DNA from: Candidatus Latescibacterota bacterium
GTDB taxonomy: Bacteria; Latescibacterota; UBA2968; GCA-2709665
Assembly (NCBI GenBank): GCA_963662665.2
Contig: CAXXJS010000053.1
Coordinates: forward strand, 1-64,000
Reading direction: 5' to 3'
DNA: 64,000 nucleotides
Part shown: positions 38,436-48,289 of the stretch, one piece after another
Layout: each line of letters starts with the position of its first letter
Position numbering within the stretch: the stretch's first letter is position 1
Position numbers and translations under genes: made by a program
Notes under the pieces: model-generated
Database searches by the model: none
Told to the model about the DNA's origin: nothing
What the model saw: the letters and a program-made list of their open reading frames with translations, nothing else

Positions 38436-39207
38436 GGCTGACCGCGCCCTCCATGGGCGTGGATGCCGTGGCATAGAGTTTCTGAGGGATGCGTCCGGCC
38501 TCGAAAGCGAGGCGGCCCGCACGGACGGCGTGGCCCATGGCTTCCGCCATTCGCACGGGGTGGCGGGCGCCGGCCACCGCTGTATTCAGCATGACGCCGT
38601 CGCAGCCGATTTCCATCGCTACGGCGGCATCGGAGGCGGTGCCCACCCCGGCGTCGACAATAACGGGGAGGTCGACCGCGTCCAGGATAATGCGGAGATT
38701 GTAGGGGTTGCGGATGCCCATACCGGAGCCGATGGGGGCGCCGAGCGGCATCACCGCGTCGCAGCCGGCGTCTTCCAGTTTCTTGCAGGTAACGGGGTCG
38801 TCGTTGCAGTAAGGCAATACTTTAAAGCCGTCTCGAATCAGCTCGTGCGCGGCCTCCAGCAACCCCGCGACGTCGGGGAAGAGGGTGTTCTCGTCGCCAA
38901 TGACCTCCAGCTTGATCAGGTCGGTTTCCAGGGCTTCGCGTGCGAGTCTGGCCGTGAGCACGGCGTCCCGGGCGGTGAAACATCCAGCGGTATTCGGCAG
39001 CAGCGTATATTTCTCTCGTTCGATCAGATCGATCAGGCTCTCGCCGGAAGGATCCTCCAGGTTGATCCGCCGGATGCCAACCGTAACGATATCCGCGCCG
39101 CTGGCACGGATGGCGTCCAGCATGACCTGCATGTTGGGGTACCGCGCCGTCCCGATAATGAGGCGGGAGCCGTACGTCGTCCCCGCAATGGTCAGACCGT
39201 CAGTCAT
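38428..39207 (-). CDS. thiG: Thiazole synthase
   Basis: [35 protein letters not shown]. Confidence 0.97.
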   Translation of the reverse strand: MTDGLTIAGTTYGSRLIIGTARYPNMQVMLDAIRASGADIVTVGIRRINLEDPSGESLIDLIEREKYTLLPNTAGCFTARDAVLTARLAREALETDLIKLEVIGDENTLFPDVAGLLEAAHELIRDGFKVLPYCNDDPVTCKKLEDAGCDAVMPLGAPIGSGMGIRNPYNLRIILDAVDLPVIVDAGVGTASDAAVAMEIGCDGVMLNTAVAGARHPVRMAEAMGHAVRAGRLAFEAGRIPQKLYATASTPMEGAVSHE

Positions 39208-39332
39208 ATTTCCCTCGTTGAACAACGGTTCGGATACAGGGGTTTTTGAAGTGGATGCCCTTCCGCCCTGGTCGAAATTTACATGGCGGCGCCCACCGCG
39301 CCATCGCGCTTGCGGCGCCGCTGTTCTGTATT

Positions 39333-39539
39333 CTATCCGCCCTGAACCGCTGCGATGATGTCCACCCTGTCCCCGCTGTCCAGGCTCGTGGACGGCCACT
39401 CCGCTCTGGATACGATTTCCGCGTTGACGGCAACCGCAATACCCCTTCGGCCCGGGTCGTGCGCAAGGTCGATCAGCAGATCCCGGATGGAGATGCCGTT
39501 CCCGACGTTCCTGTTCTCTCCGTTCAGAGTGATCTGCAT
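39333..39539 (-). CDS. thiS: Sulfur carrier protein
   Basis: MQITLNGE...[10 protein letters not shown]...VQGG with C-terminal GG. Confidence 0.93.
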   Translation of the reverse strand: MQITLNGENRNVGNGISIRDLLIDLAHDPGRRGIAVAVNAEIVSRAEWPSTSLDSGDRVDIIAAVQGG

Positions 39540-39550
39540 GGCATGAAGTT

Positions 39551-40687
39551 TCACGCGGCGAAGCGGCCGATGCCGAAGGGCCGGATATCTTCTGGTGTGT
39601 TGCCGTTCAGCACCAGTTCCGCAATGGAGTACGCGGTGATGGGCGCGAGCAGGATTCCCTTGCGGTAGTGGCCCGTGGCCATAATGAGGCCGTGAATGGG
39701 CGTGTTGCCGAGGATAGGCGCATCGTCCCTGCTGCCCGGGCGAAGACCGGCGGCGGTTTCGATGATCGGCAGGTCGTAAATTCCCGGAACGACCTCCCAG
39801 GCGGCGCGCAGGAGCTCGAAGATACCGCCTGCCGTCAGGCTGTCGTCGAAACCCATTTCTTCGGAAGTCGCCCCCAGTACCAGACGTCCCCCGTCCTTTG
39901 GGCACAGGTAGGCGACCGCCGATGACGCGGCCCGATTGTACCATACGATGGTTTTGAGGGTGCAGTCTTCAGTCATTTGCAGGCGAAGGATCTGGCCTCG
40001 GACGGGGCGGACCGGCGGTCTGGCGAGATCGGGCAGACCCGGAATGAGACGCGACCAGCATCCCGCGGCGAGGATGATCGTGGCCGCCTGGTACGCCTTG
40101 TCTCCGGCGACAATGCCGCGGACCCGGTCCTGAGCGACGTGGATGGTTTCGACCGGTGTGGATTCCATGAGGGACCCGCCGGCTTTGAGAAATGCCCGCC
40201 GAAGGGCTTTCACCATCAGGCGATTGTCTACCTGGTGGTCTCCAGGACACCAGACCGCGGCGCCGACCTGGGGCGAGAGCTGAGGCTCCCGCGCACGCGC
40301 CCGGCCGCCGCTCATCCATTCCACGGGCAGGCCGAGGTCCCGCTGGTAGTCGTAGCGGAAACGGAGGTATTCGATATCGTCGCGGGTGACACCCACCAGA
40401 AGGACGCCGTCGGGGCGATAGCCCACGGATATTCCGCTTTCGGATTCGAGTTCCGCCACAAATTCCGGGAAACGCCCCAGACTCTTCAGGCCAAGCCGCA
40501 GGAGCCCTTCTTCTTCGTGACGCACCTCGGCCAGCGGCGTGAGCATACCGGCGGAAGCCCGGCTTGCTGCCTGACCCGCCCCGTCTCGATCGAAGATCAG
40601 GACGTCCCGCCCCGCCCTGGCAAGCCGCCATCCGATTCCGAGCCCGATGATGCCGGCGCCGACAATAATGATCCGGTCAGATGGCAT
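39551..40687 (-). CDS. thiO: Glycine oxidase
   Basis: [36 protein letters not shown]. Confidence 0.93.
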   Translation of the reverse strand: MPSDRIIIVGAGIIGLGIGWRLARAGRDVLIFDRDGAGQAASRASAGMLTPLAEVRHEEEGLLRLGLKSLGRFPEFVAELESESGISVGYRPDGVLLVGVTRDDIEYLRFRYDYQRDLGLPVEWMSGGRARAREPQLSPQVGAAVWCPGDHQVDNRLMVKALRRAFLKAGGSLMESTPVETIHVAQDRVRGIVAGDKAYQAATIILAAGCWSRLIPGLPDLARPPVRPVRGQILRLQMTEDCTLKTIVWYNRAASSAVAYLCPKDGGRLVLGATSEEMGFDDSLTAGGIFELLRAAWEVVPGIYDLPIIETAAGLRPGSRDDAPILGNTPIHGLIMATGHYRKGILLAPITAYSIAELVLNGNTPEDIRPFGIGRFAA

Positions 40688-40744
40688 CCGATGCATTCCC
40701 AAAAAAGCCGCCGCCCTCGATCTGGTCGAAAAGCGGCTGGGGTG

Positions 40745-40832
40745 CGTTTCCTCGACTCCCTGCGCCGGTATAATCCGGATCAGGTTCAAAGGGTATGTTC
40801 TCAGCTCGGCGGGCGAGCACCCCTGCGTTGTA
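40745..40832 (-). ncRNA. TPP riboswitch
   Basis: GGGGTGC...GCTGAGA..ATACCCTTTGAACCTGATCCGGATTATACCGGCGCAGGGA upstream of thiO. Confidence 0.95.
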
Positions 40833-40840
40833 TTGAGACA

Positions 40841-40869
40841 AAGATAGCGGTTCGGCCGCGCTCCGTCAA
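40841..40869 (-). promoter_or_regulatory. Sigma70-type promoter of the thi operon
   Basis: TTGACG-N17-TATCTT just upstream of the riboswitch. Confidence 0.7.
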
Positions 40870-40957
40870 GCGATTCCACTTGACATCGATTGACGATTTG
40901 TTATTAAAGGCGGTAAGACGTTAGGCGGGAGAGGATGTGAGTGCCTGAAGCGCGGGT

Positions 40958-41089
40958 AGACGTAAGACGGGAGAAGGGAGATGATGTGAGTGCCCGTGCG
41001 GTTTCATTTCCTGCCGGAGGCATAAAGGAAGAACCAATCGAGCAAAGACCTCATCCACCGTCTCACCTCTACCCTCTCCCCGCCTTTCA
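40958..41089 (+). repeat. ~130 bp dispersed repeat, copy 3 (heptamer arms extend roughly 40906-41127)
   Basis: Homologous to 15991-16119 and to the reverse complement of 35864-35979. Confidence 0.75.
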
Positions 41090-41143
41090 GGTCTTTCATC
41101 TACTGTCTCCCTGCTCACGTCTAACCGAATTAAAGGGGGTTAT

Positions 41144-42340
41144 GTGGTCGATTTCACACTGAAGGTTCACGCCGGGCCGCACCGGCGAGTCAACTGTCCG
41201 GTCTCCGTACTCGTGAAGAGATCGGGCACGATGCAAAACATCCTCGACGTCCTGGATCGAGCCGGGAACGGGGAAAGGAATGTAAGTCTGGCTGGTTCGA
41301 GCGGCGCCACGGCCTGCCAGGTGCACGGCGAGGAGGACGGCGTTCGCGTGAGCTGGATTGTGGACGATCTGCCGGCGGGTGAGACGGCGGACTACGAATT
41401 GGAGGTCGGTGAGTACGAGGCGTCCGGCGGCGCGGTCGAAGTGTCGGAAGCCGGCAACAGGATTCAGGTGCGGATCGACGGCGCCTACTTTACCAGCTAC
41501 TGCTTCGGGAAGGACCTGGTGAGACCACACCTCTACCCGGTGATCGGACCGTACGGCGACGGAATCACGCGTCCGCTGATCGACGAGGGCGAGGGAGACC
41601 ATCATCACCACCGTTCCATCTGGATTTCGCACGGTCACGTGAACGGATGGAATAACTGGGGGGAGGGCGAGGGACACGCGTGGACCAGGCACCAGCGGTT
41701 CGAGGGCGTGGAAAGCGGCCCGGTCTACGGCCGGATCGTGTCGATCAGCAACTGGGAGGGCGCCGAGGCATGGCGCGGAGAGCACGGGTCGAACGTGATA
41801 TGCGAAGAACGGGCCGAGTGGACGTTCTACCGGTCTGGTCCGGATGTACGGATCTTCGACCTCCACCTCACACTGACCGCGCCGAAGATCGACCTTCTCT
41901 TCGGTGACACGAAAGAAGGAGGCCTGGCGTCAATTCGCGTTGCCGAATCGATGGAAGTGCGATCCGGCGAAGGCGGGAAAATTGAAAACGCGATCGGGGG
42001 CGTCAACGAAGACGAGACCTGGGGTAAACGAGCCGCCTGGTGCCACTGTAACGGGCCGGTAAACGGCAACAGCGTGGGCGTGGCCATTATGGACCATCCC
42101 GACAGTTTTCGGCATCCCACCTATTGGCACGTGCGTAACTACGGCCTGATGACGGCCAATCCTTTCGGTCACTCGCACTATTACGGCGACGCGAAACGGC
42201 GGGGGAACCACGTGCTTTCGCCAGGCGAATCACTTACCGGCCACTACAGGTTCTACGTGCACAAAGGAGACGCCGCCGAAGGTCAAATCGGACAACGCTA
42301 TCACGACTTTGCCCATCCGCCCATCGTGGAGGTCGAGTAG
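41144..42340 (+). CDS. DUF6807 / 'PmoA-like' family protein
   Basis: RPHLYPV, DHHHHRSIW, GDTKEGG, DHP..FRHPTYWHVRNYGLMTANP. Confidence 0.75.
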   Translation: MVDFTLKVHAGPHRRVNCPVSVLVKRSGTMQNILDVLDRAGNGERNVSLAGSSGATACQVHGEEDGVRVSWIVDDLPAGETADYELEVGEYEASGGAVEVSEAGNRIQVRIDGAYFTSYCFGKDLVRPHLYPVIGPYGDGITRPLIDEGEGDHHHHRSIWISHGHVNGWNNWGEGEGHAWTRHQRFEGVESGPVYGRIVSISNWEGAEAWRGEHGSNVICEERAEWTFYRSGPDVRIFDLHLTLTAPKIDLLFGDTKEGGLASIRVAESMEVRSGEGGKIENAIGGVNEDETWGKRAAWCHCNGPVNGNSVGVAIMDHPDSFRHPTYWHVRNYGLMTANPFGHSHYYGDAKRRGNHVLSPGESLTGHYRFYVHKGDAAEGQIGQRYHDFAHPPIVEVE

Positions 42341-42375
42341 AGAACATAAGCAGGGCGGAAGGCAGGTATTGCCCG

Positions 42376-43815
42376 ATGGCCGATTCCTTCGAGCGACCAC
42401 ACATCGTCTTCATCACCACGGACCAGCAACGGGGCGACTGCACAGGGGTAGACGGACACCCGATTCTTGAAACGCCTCATCTGGACCAGCTTGCGAACGA
42501 GGGGGTCTATTTTCCCAGAGCGTACTCGCCCTGCCCTGTCTGTGTGCCGGCACGGATGGTGATGATGACGGGGCAGTCGCCGTATAATACCGGATTCTTC
42601 ACCAATTCGAGCAACGCGCTGGGCACAACCGATACGCTCCCCGCGACTCTGCGCGGCCGGGGCTATCAGACACAGCTGATCGGGAAGGCCCACTTCAGCC
42701 CCAAGCGGGCGCGGCTGGGATTCGACAATACGATCATCAACGAGTCCGGCCGGTACCGGGAGGGCGACGATTATCACAGGTGGTTAAAAAAAACGCCCTA
42801 TGCGGGTCTGGAGCGTGCAACGAGCATCGGGAACAACGACGTGTTCTCGCGCAGGTCGGTTGTGCCCGAGACGCATCACGTGAACACGTGGACGGCAAAC
42901 GAGTGTATCGAGTTTCTGGACAGGAGGGATCCCACCTGTCCTTTTTTTCTGTGGATGTCTTTCAGCCGACCGCATTCGCAATACGATCCGCCGGCGCCTT
43001 ACGACACCTGGTACGATACGGACGACGTGCCGCCGCCCATAAAGGCCCCTGGCGACGATTTCCTTCCCCCGGAACTCCAGGAGGCGCCCCTGCGCTACGA
43101 TTGGGATCGGATGTCGCCCGCGAGGATCGCCCGGGCGCGGCAGCACTACCTGGGGCAGATTACCCACATCGACCATCAGATCGGGCGTTTTTTCGCCGCA
43201 CTCCGCTGGAAGGGGTTGTGGGAGAACACGCTCGTAGTCTTTACCTCGGACCACGGGGATATGATGGGGGATTTCGGGCTTTTCTTCAAATCCCATTTCT
43301 TCGAAGGATCGGGTCGCGTGCCATTGATCCTGCGGCCGCCGCGAAGTTGGGACGGGGCGATTCCCGCCCGGCGTTACGAGAAGCCGGTGTCGCTTGTCGA
43401 CGTGATGCCCACGCTGGTCTCGGCGGCGGGCGGTAGCGTGCCCGGGCAGGCGGCCGGGGTGTCGCTGCTGCCGGCGCTGGAAGGAGACGATCCCGTTGGG
43501 GAGCGGATATTCCACGGAGAAATCGGTGCGGAGAAGCGGCGCCACCACTGCCTGACGGACGGGCGGTTCAAGTATATGTGGTTCCGGCTGGGCGGGCGGG
43601 AGTATCTGTTCGATCTGAAGGAAGATCCGAACGAGGTGAACAATCTGGCATACGACGGGGCCCGCGTGGGCGAATGGAGAATCCGGTTGATTCAACTCCT
43701 GGAGGAACGCGGCGATTCCGCGGTAAGAGACGGCGCGCTGCTATCCACGCCATATATGGCGACCAGCGAGGCCGAACTGCGGGCGATGGACCCGTTCGGG
43801 AGAAGGCCGTATTAG
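42376..43815 (+). CDS. Formylglycine-dependent sulfatase (Cys type)
   Basis: TTDQQR, CVPAR (CxPxR), GKAH, SDHGD. Confidence 0.93.
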   Translation: MADSFERPHIVFITTDQQRGDCTGVDGHPILETPHLDQLANEGVYFPRAYSPCPVCVPARMVMMTGQSPYNTGFFTNSSNALGTTDTLPATLRGRGYQTQLIGKAHFSPKRARLGFDNTIINESGRYREGDDYHRWLKKTPYAGLERATSIGNNDVFSRRSVVPETHHVNTWTANECIEFLDRRDPTCPFFLWMSFSRPHSQYDPPAPYDTWYDTDDVPPPIKAPGDDFLPPELQEAPLRYDWDRMSPARIARARQHYLGQITHIDHQIGRFFAALRWKGLWENTLVVFTSDHGDMMGDFGLFFKSHFFEGSGRVPLILRPPRSWDGAIPARRYEKPVSLVDVMPTLVSAAGGSVPGQAAGVSLLPALEGDDPVGERIFHGEIGAEKRRHHCLTDGRFKYMWFRLGGREYLFDLKEDPNEVNNLAYDGARVGEWRIRLIQLLEERGDSAVRDGALLSTPYMATSEAELRAMDPFGRRPY

Positions 43816-43890
43816 CGCGTGCAATGCCGCCGGCGCGGCGTGCATCCGCGAGCGGGTTCCATGAAGGCACGAAACGGAGGTCCGGGCTCT

Positions 43891-44373
43891 GTGGAAGAGT
43901 GTCTCGAAGCGCGATTGGGTCAATTGCTGGTGGAAAGAGGTTGGACCATCTCGGTCGCGGAGACCACCGCCGGCGGATTGATATGCGCGCGCATCGTGAG
44001 CGTGCCCGGCAGTTCAGCCTGGTTCGAGCGCGGACTTGTGCCTTACAGTGCCGGAGCCAAGACCCGGGCGCTGGGGATATGCCAATCTCTGCTGAAGCGT
44101 TACGGCGCAGTGAGTGAGGAAGTGGCCTCAGCCATGGCCGAAGCCGCGGGCAGGACAAGCAATTCAACGCTGGGACTGGCTGAAACGGGCATCGCCGGGC
44201 CGATTCGAGGAAGATCGCCAAAGCCGTTGGGGACGGCGTATATCGCGCTGTGGACGCCGGAGGGCGTAGGATGTAAACGCTTTACGTTTGAAGGCGACCG
44301 GAGTGCGATTCGCGAACGGATTGCCGAACAGGCGCTGCGGATTGTGGTCGATTATGTCGAAGATGCCGCTTGA
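43891..44373 (+). CDS. CinA/PncC family protein (NMN deamidase-like)
   Basis: VAETTAGG, PGSSAWF, GAVSEEVA..MAE, TGIAGP; start uncertain. Confidence 0.85.
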   Translation: MEECLEARLGQLLVERGWTISVAETTAGGLICARIVSVPGSSAWFERGLVPYSAGAKTRALGICQSLLKRYGAVSEEVASAMAEAAGRTSNSTLGLAETGIAGPIRGRSPKPLGTAYIALWTPEGVGCKRFTFEGDRSAIRERIAEQALRIVVDYVEDAA

Positions 44374-44398
44374 CACCTGCTGCGCATTATCATAAATT
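44370..44398 (+). promoter_or_regulatory. Sigma70-type promoter for infA
   Basis: TTGACA-N17-TAAATT. Confidence 0.6.
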
Positions 44399-44446
44399 GA
44401 TGCTTTGGCCTGAAAAAGGTCTATCTGTTCACAGGCTGGAGGTTGC

Positions 44447-44732
44447 ATGGCAAAAGAGGAAAAGGTCTCACTCGAAGGAACCGTCACGGATACGCTTCCC
44501 GACGGGCAGTACATGGTGGAAGTGGAGGGTGGGCATGAGATTCTGGGGTATACGTCGGGCAAGATGCGGCGTTTCAATATCCGCGTTCTGGTGGGCGACC
44601 GCGTGACGATCGAGACCTCGCCTTACGATTTGAATCGCGGGGCGCATCGTGTGGCTACACCGGCTGCCCCCGCCCGACAATGCTGGCGGAAAGCGCAGGG
44701 GTGGCGGCAATCGCCCCAGGCGCCGGCGTTAG
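44447..44732 (+). CDS. infA: Translation initiation factor IF-1 with apparent +1 frameshift at 44639-44642
   Basis: [26 protein letters not shown]; removing one G restores RGRIVW, ending RPRRRR-TAG. Confidence 0.9.
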
Positions 44733-45336
44733 ACTCAGATGCTTCCTGAGTTTCTGTGGCCGGGATTCCGCACCGCACGTGCATTCGTTCGAAAGTGATG
44801 TGCCAACCGCGTCACGACGGGTAAATCGTTGCAGATATCCATTCTGGAGGGCCGAATCTGAATTTTGATCGGCCTTTTTCCTTTTTTCGCGCGTCCCTTA
44901 AATGTGTTCGCCACCCCGCCGGGGAGCCGAAAACGAGCCGCGCAGGTAAATTCGTCAGCATCGACATCCATGTTCAGGAAAGAGCGGACAAGTCGGGTAA
45001 CGACGAACCGGGTTTTGCGACACAAGAAAAACAGGTCCGGACATAGGCTTGCGCAATCCGGACAACCTGGACTGGGCGGACAACTGGTGTTCTTTTCGAA
45101 GAGGCGGTGAGCTTTCGCAGGACAGAAAAAGAACAGGGATCGCTATGTGAACAAAGAGAAAGAAGGCGACGCACAAGACGGGACGCCCGGTTGCCAAACC
45201 TTCGCCGGAAGCAGTCGACGAAATACCTGAAAACGTTAAGCGGGCTCCTTTGATCGCCCGGCAAAGAGTACCGGGCGAGTGGAAGTATCTGAATCGGAGC
45301 CGCTAAGTTATTGCAATTAAGTTGTTTATATACAAA

Positions 45337-45777
45337 GCCGCCCACCTATCTGGACGGCTCCCGTTTTTTTGCATGTGATGACTCGTCTTGTTTATTCCGC
45401 AATTCCTCGCCGGAATCTCCTTCCCCTTCTCTTTGGCGCCCGATTTTCCCCCCTCACGGCACCTGAGCCCCGACCGTCTCCACGTATAGGGAAAATAGCG
45501 ACTACGAGCAGGTCATGAACAACCTGTTTTTTTTTGCGCCGCCGAAGCAGAGATTTGCGCAGGGGGCGGGGAGGTGGATTTTGCCGATGAGGGCGCCGTC
45601 CGGCGCGAAGCAGTGCACGCCGTCGTAGCCGTCTCCGGCCCAGCAGGCCCCCGCCCACAGGTTGCCTTCCACGTCGGCGCGGATGCCGTCGGACGAGGCG
45701 GGATCCATGTCGACGAAGACGCGGCCATTCGCAATCCAGTCGCCATCCACGTCGAAAACGGGGATGCGAGTGGGATA
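45337..45777. repeat. ~440 bp direct repeat (with 48172-48613) holding a degenerate gluconolactonase 3' end
   Basis: Near-identical to 48172-48613; internal stop after LFMTCS in this copy. Confidence 0.9.
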
Positions 45778-45922
45778 ACTTGAAATCGGCAGCGAACATG
45801 AGTATATTTTCAGAAGACGCACAGCGAAGTTTCCCGCGCGAACAAACCGCATGCTGACAGCAACATACGGGATTCGTGGTCCGATTTCCGGTTCACAGCA
45901 AAGCGAAAGAGTAAGATATTCG

Positions 45923-46246
45923 ATGTGCATTGACGACGAATATGTATCAAAATTGGCGCCTATATACCGAGATATTCTTGCGTCATTTCCCGTTACTTTG
46001 CCGTACCGCAAGGCGGGAGATGGTCTTCATTACAACTTATTGGATTCAACGTTGACGGAGCAACAACGAGCAAACAGGTACGGAGAGATTTCGGAAGCGT
46101 GCCAGAATTTGGCGGCTTCAATGTTCGTGGAGATCAGTAATAAACACTTCGTCTATACCACCGAAATCGGGGAGGAACTCATTTCAAAGATAACAGGCCT
46201 TCCCGTATTAAGTTCGGGGGTTCCCCAAATCGATCCGCCCCCGTAA
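45923..46246 (+). CDS. Hypothetical protein (possibly winged-helix-like); start uncertain (45851 or 45923)
   Basis: ORF in lower-GC islet; helix-helix-beta-hairpin-like C-terminal half (ISEACQNLA..FVEI..HFVYTTEIGEELI). Confidence 0.5.
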   Translation: MCIDDEYVSKLAPIYRDILASFPVTLPYRKAGDGLHYNLLDSTLTEQQRANRYGEISEACQNLAASMFVEISNKHFVYTTEIGEELISKITGLPVLSSGVPQIDPPP

Positions 46247-46523
46247 GTTGGAATTGGGCCTTACTGAATTCTGGATGAAGTGCGAGTTCGTTCCAAGCTT
46301 GCCCGCATCGCCCTTTTTTGGATTTCCAGCTCGGTAGAGTAACCCCGCTGTTCCATCGTTAGTGATTTATTGGTTAGACAACTTGCCCTTGGAAACCAGT
46401 GGACGTTGTAAAGGGCGAAGGGGCCGTGAAGACAAAGAGCCGTGGGTCGCGCCGGTAGAATTGTATGCAAGAAGTCTTAGCGAAGGTGTCCGCTACACAA
46501 CGCATCCATGGAGACACGATACG

Positions 46524-46790
46524 ATGAAGAGAACGTTGACCATAGACTACGGCGATGAGATCCTTCTGGCCCTGGGATATTCACCCAAGCAGTTCAGCGA
46601 AGAGGCCAAGATTCTCGTCGCCGTCAAGCTCTACGAGTTGGGACGGTTGTCCTCGGGTGCGGCAGCCAAGCTGGCTGGTATTCCCAAACCATTATTCCTG
46701 ATGAAATTAGCTGACTACGGTGTTGATGCCTTCCATCTGACCGAGGAAGACATCCAACAGGACCTGGCCAGTGCCCGACGTCATCTGTAA
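46524..46790 (+). CDS. UPF0175 family antitoxin-like protein
   Basis: AVKLYELGRLSSGAAAKLAGI....FLMKLADYGV. Confidence 0.85.
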   Translation: MKRTLTIDYGDEILLALGYSPKQFSEEAKILVAVKLYELGRLSSGAAAKLAGIPKPLFLMKLADYGVDAFHLTEEDIQQDLASARRHL

Positions 46791-46950
46791 TACGTCTCCT
46801 CTCCAGTACCTGCACCAGGCCGACGTATTGGAACTTCTGCCCGCACTCGTCGAACAGGTGTGCATCCCGGAAGCGGTGGTGGCGGAGTTGCGAGAGGGTC
46901 GACGGTGAAATGTACCCCTGCCTGCCGTGGAGGAACATGCGTGGCTTTGC
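46771..46950 (+). pseudogene. Truncated DUF3368/PIN-domain toxin
   Basis: VICNTSPLQYL...VCIPEAVVAEL then TGA at 46906-46908; similarity lost after about 46950. Confidence 0.75.
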
Positions 46951-47070
46951 CAAGGGTTAGCCCGTTTGGTCCCTACTGCGCCTTCCATTTCTCGCCACTT
47001 GGACTACCTTCAAAAATCCTATTGTCTGAGACAGGATCGTCTGTTCTTCACGTCGTCAGTATGCCCACCA

Positions 47071-47099
47071 TTGACACATGAATCAATCCTGACTACATT
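47071..47099 (+). promoter_or_regulatory. Sigma70-type promoter for hypothetical-dcd pair
   Basis: TTGACA-N17-TACATT. Confidence 0.6.
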
Positions 47100-47178
47100 C
47101 CGTTATCACCATATCTTGCCACCGTAGACAGCGATCGTGCGTTCAGTTTTGCCGTAATCTCAATGAAAGGGTATTGTA

Positions 47179-47478
47179 ATGATTCAAATCCCAGAGTGGC
47201 GTACTGAGCCTCAGCAAGTTTGGATTGCGTGTCGTCAATTTCATAAAATGGGATCTTCTGATGAATTCCTGGTTCAATTTGACGCAAACGGAGTGACCTA
47301 TACGGCATTTGTGCCGGCTCGGTTTTGTGATCTTCAGAATCAAGCGCTAAAAGGATCAATCATTGCCGATTGCAATGATGATTTGCTTGTTGATTTGCCG
47401 ACAGACACTTTGACTTCGGGACCGAGAATTTTGGTACGCGGCACGGAACGAGAATCTGTTTTGCAGGAATTCGAATAG
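47179..47478 (+). CDS. Hypothetical protein, 99 aa
   Basis: AAAGGG RBS; 9 bp upstream of dcd; low GC. Confidence 0.65.
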   Translation: MIQIPEWRTEPQQVWIACRQFHKMGSSDEFLVQFDANGVTYTAFVPARFCDLQNQALKGSIIADCNDDLLVDLPTDTLTSGPRILVRGTERESVLQEFE

Positions 47479-47487
47479 GAATACTCA

Positions 47488-48057
47488 ATGGTCCTTAGTG
47501 ATCGAGAGATTTGGGCTGAGGTTGAGAAAGGTAAGCTTATTATTGAGCCCGATTTGGAACCTGATCAAGTTGGCCCTTCTTCCATTGATCTTCGTTTGGG
47601 AAATCAATTTACCGTTTTTAAGTCACCAGAAGAGGGAATCGAGACTATCATCGATTTGGCAACAATTGGCGATACAGAACGAGTTGCGGAACAGCTAGGC
47701 ACGACTGAGAATTTGAAAGAAGGCGAGACGTTTGTTCTTTATCCGGGCAAGTTTGTGTTGGCCTATACGTTAGAATCCATTGAATTACCTGATTATCTTG
47801 CGGCTCGAATTGAGGGCCGAAGCTCCTTTGCCCGATTGGGAATATCTGTTCATCAAACAGCTCCAACTGTTCACGCAACTTTTAGAGGTCAATTACGATT
47901 GGAAATATCACACAATGGACCGTATGCATGTCGGCTACACCCTGGACTGAGTATATGTCAACTAATAGTTGAACGGTTAGGTAGTTCTGCTGATGCTGAA
48001 CTCAGTAGTAAGTTCCAAGGTCAAGGGCAGCGAGAACAAGCTAAGAAGGAGATGTGA
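47488..48057 (+). CDS. dcd: dCTP deaminase (trimeric dUTPase-like fold)
   Basis: MVLSDREI, PSSIDLRLG, IEGRSSFARLGI, LRLEI, ICQL. Confidence 0.92.
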   Translation: MVLSDREIWAEVEKGKLIIEPDLEPDQVGPSSIDLRLGNQFTVFKSPEEGIETIIDLATIGDTERVAEQLGTTENLKEGETFVLYPGKFVLAYTLESIELPDYLAARIEGRSSFARLGISVHQTAPTVHATFRGQLRLEISHNGPYACRLHPGLSICQLIVERLGSSADAELSSKFQGQGQREQAKKEM

Positions 48058-48170
48058 GACGAAATTCTCGCAGGTCTTCACCTTGTGTAGTTCTTCTTTT
48101 TCGAAATTCTGAGAAACCTGCCAGCAGCCCACTTTCCGGTCCCGATCCGGCGACACATCTGCTACGCAAC

Positions 48171-48205
48171 GAGCCGCCCACCTGTGTGGACGGCTCTTGT
48201 TTTTT
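48171..48205 (+). terminator. Rho-independent terminator-like hairpin downstream of dcd
   Basis: gagccgcccac-ctgt-gtggacggctc followed by ttgtttttt. Confidence 0.55.
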
Positions 48206-48289
48206 GCATGTGATGACTCGTCTTGTTTACTCCGCAATTCCTCGCCGGTGTCTCCTTCCCCTTCTCATTGGCGGCCGATTTCCCCCTCT

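Noticed and set aside
41144-42340. Particulate methane monooxygenase subunit A
   Set aside because: Soluble-looking protein with no TM helices and no pmoB/pmoC; the 'PmoA-like' family name is misleading.
44735-45345. Short ORFs or integrase remnant beside the islet
   Set aside because: No recombinase motifs; several competing short frames without support.
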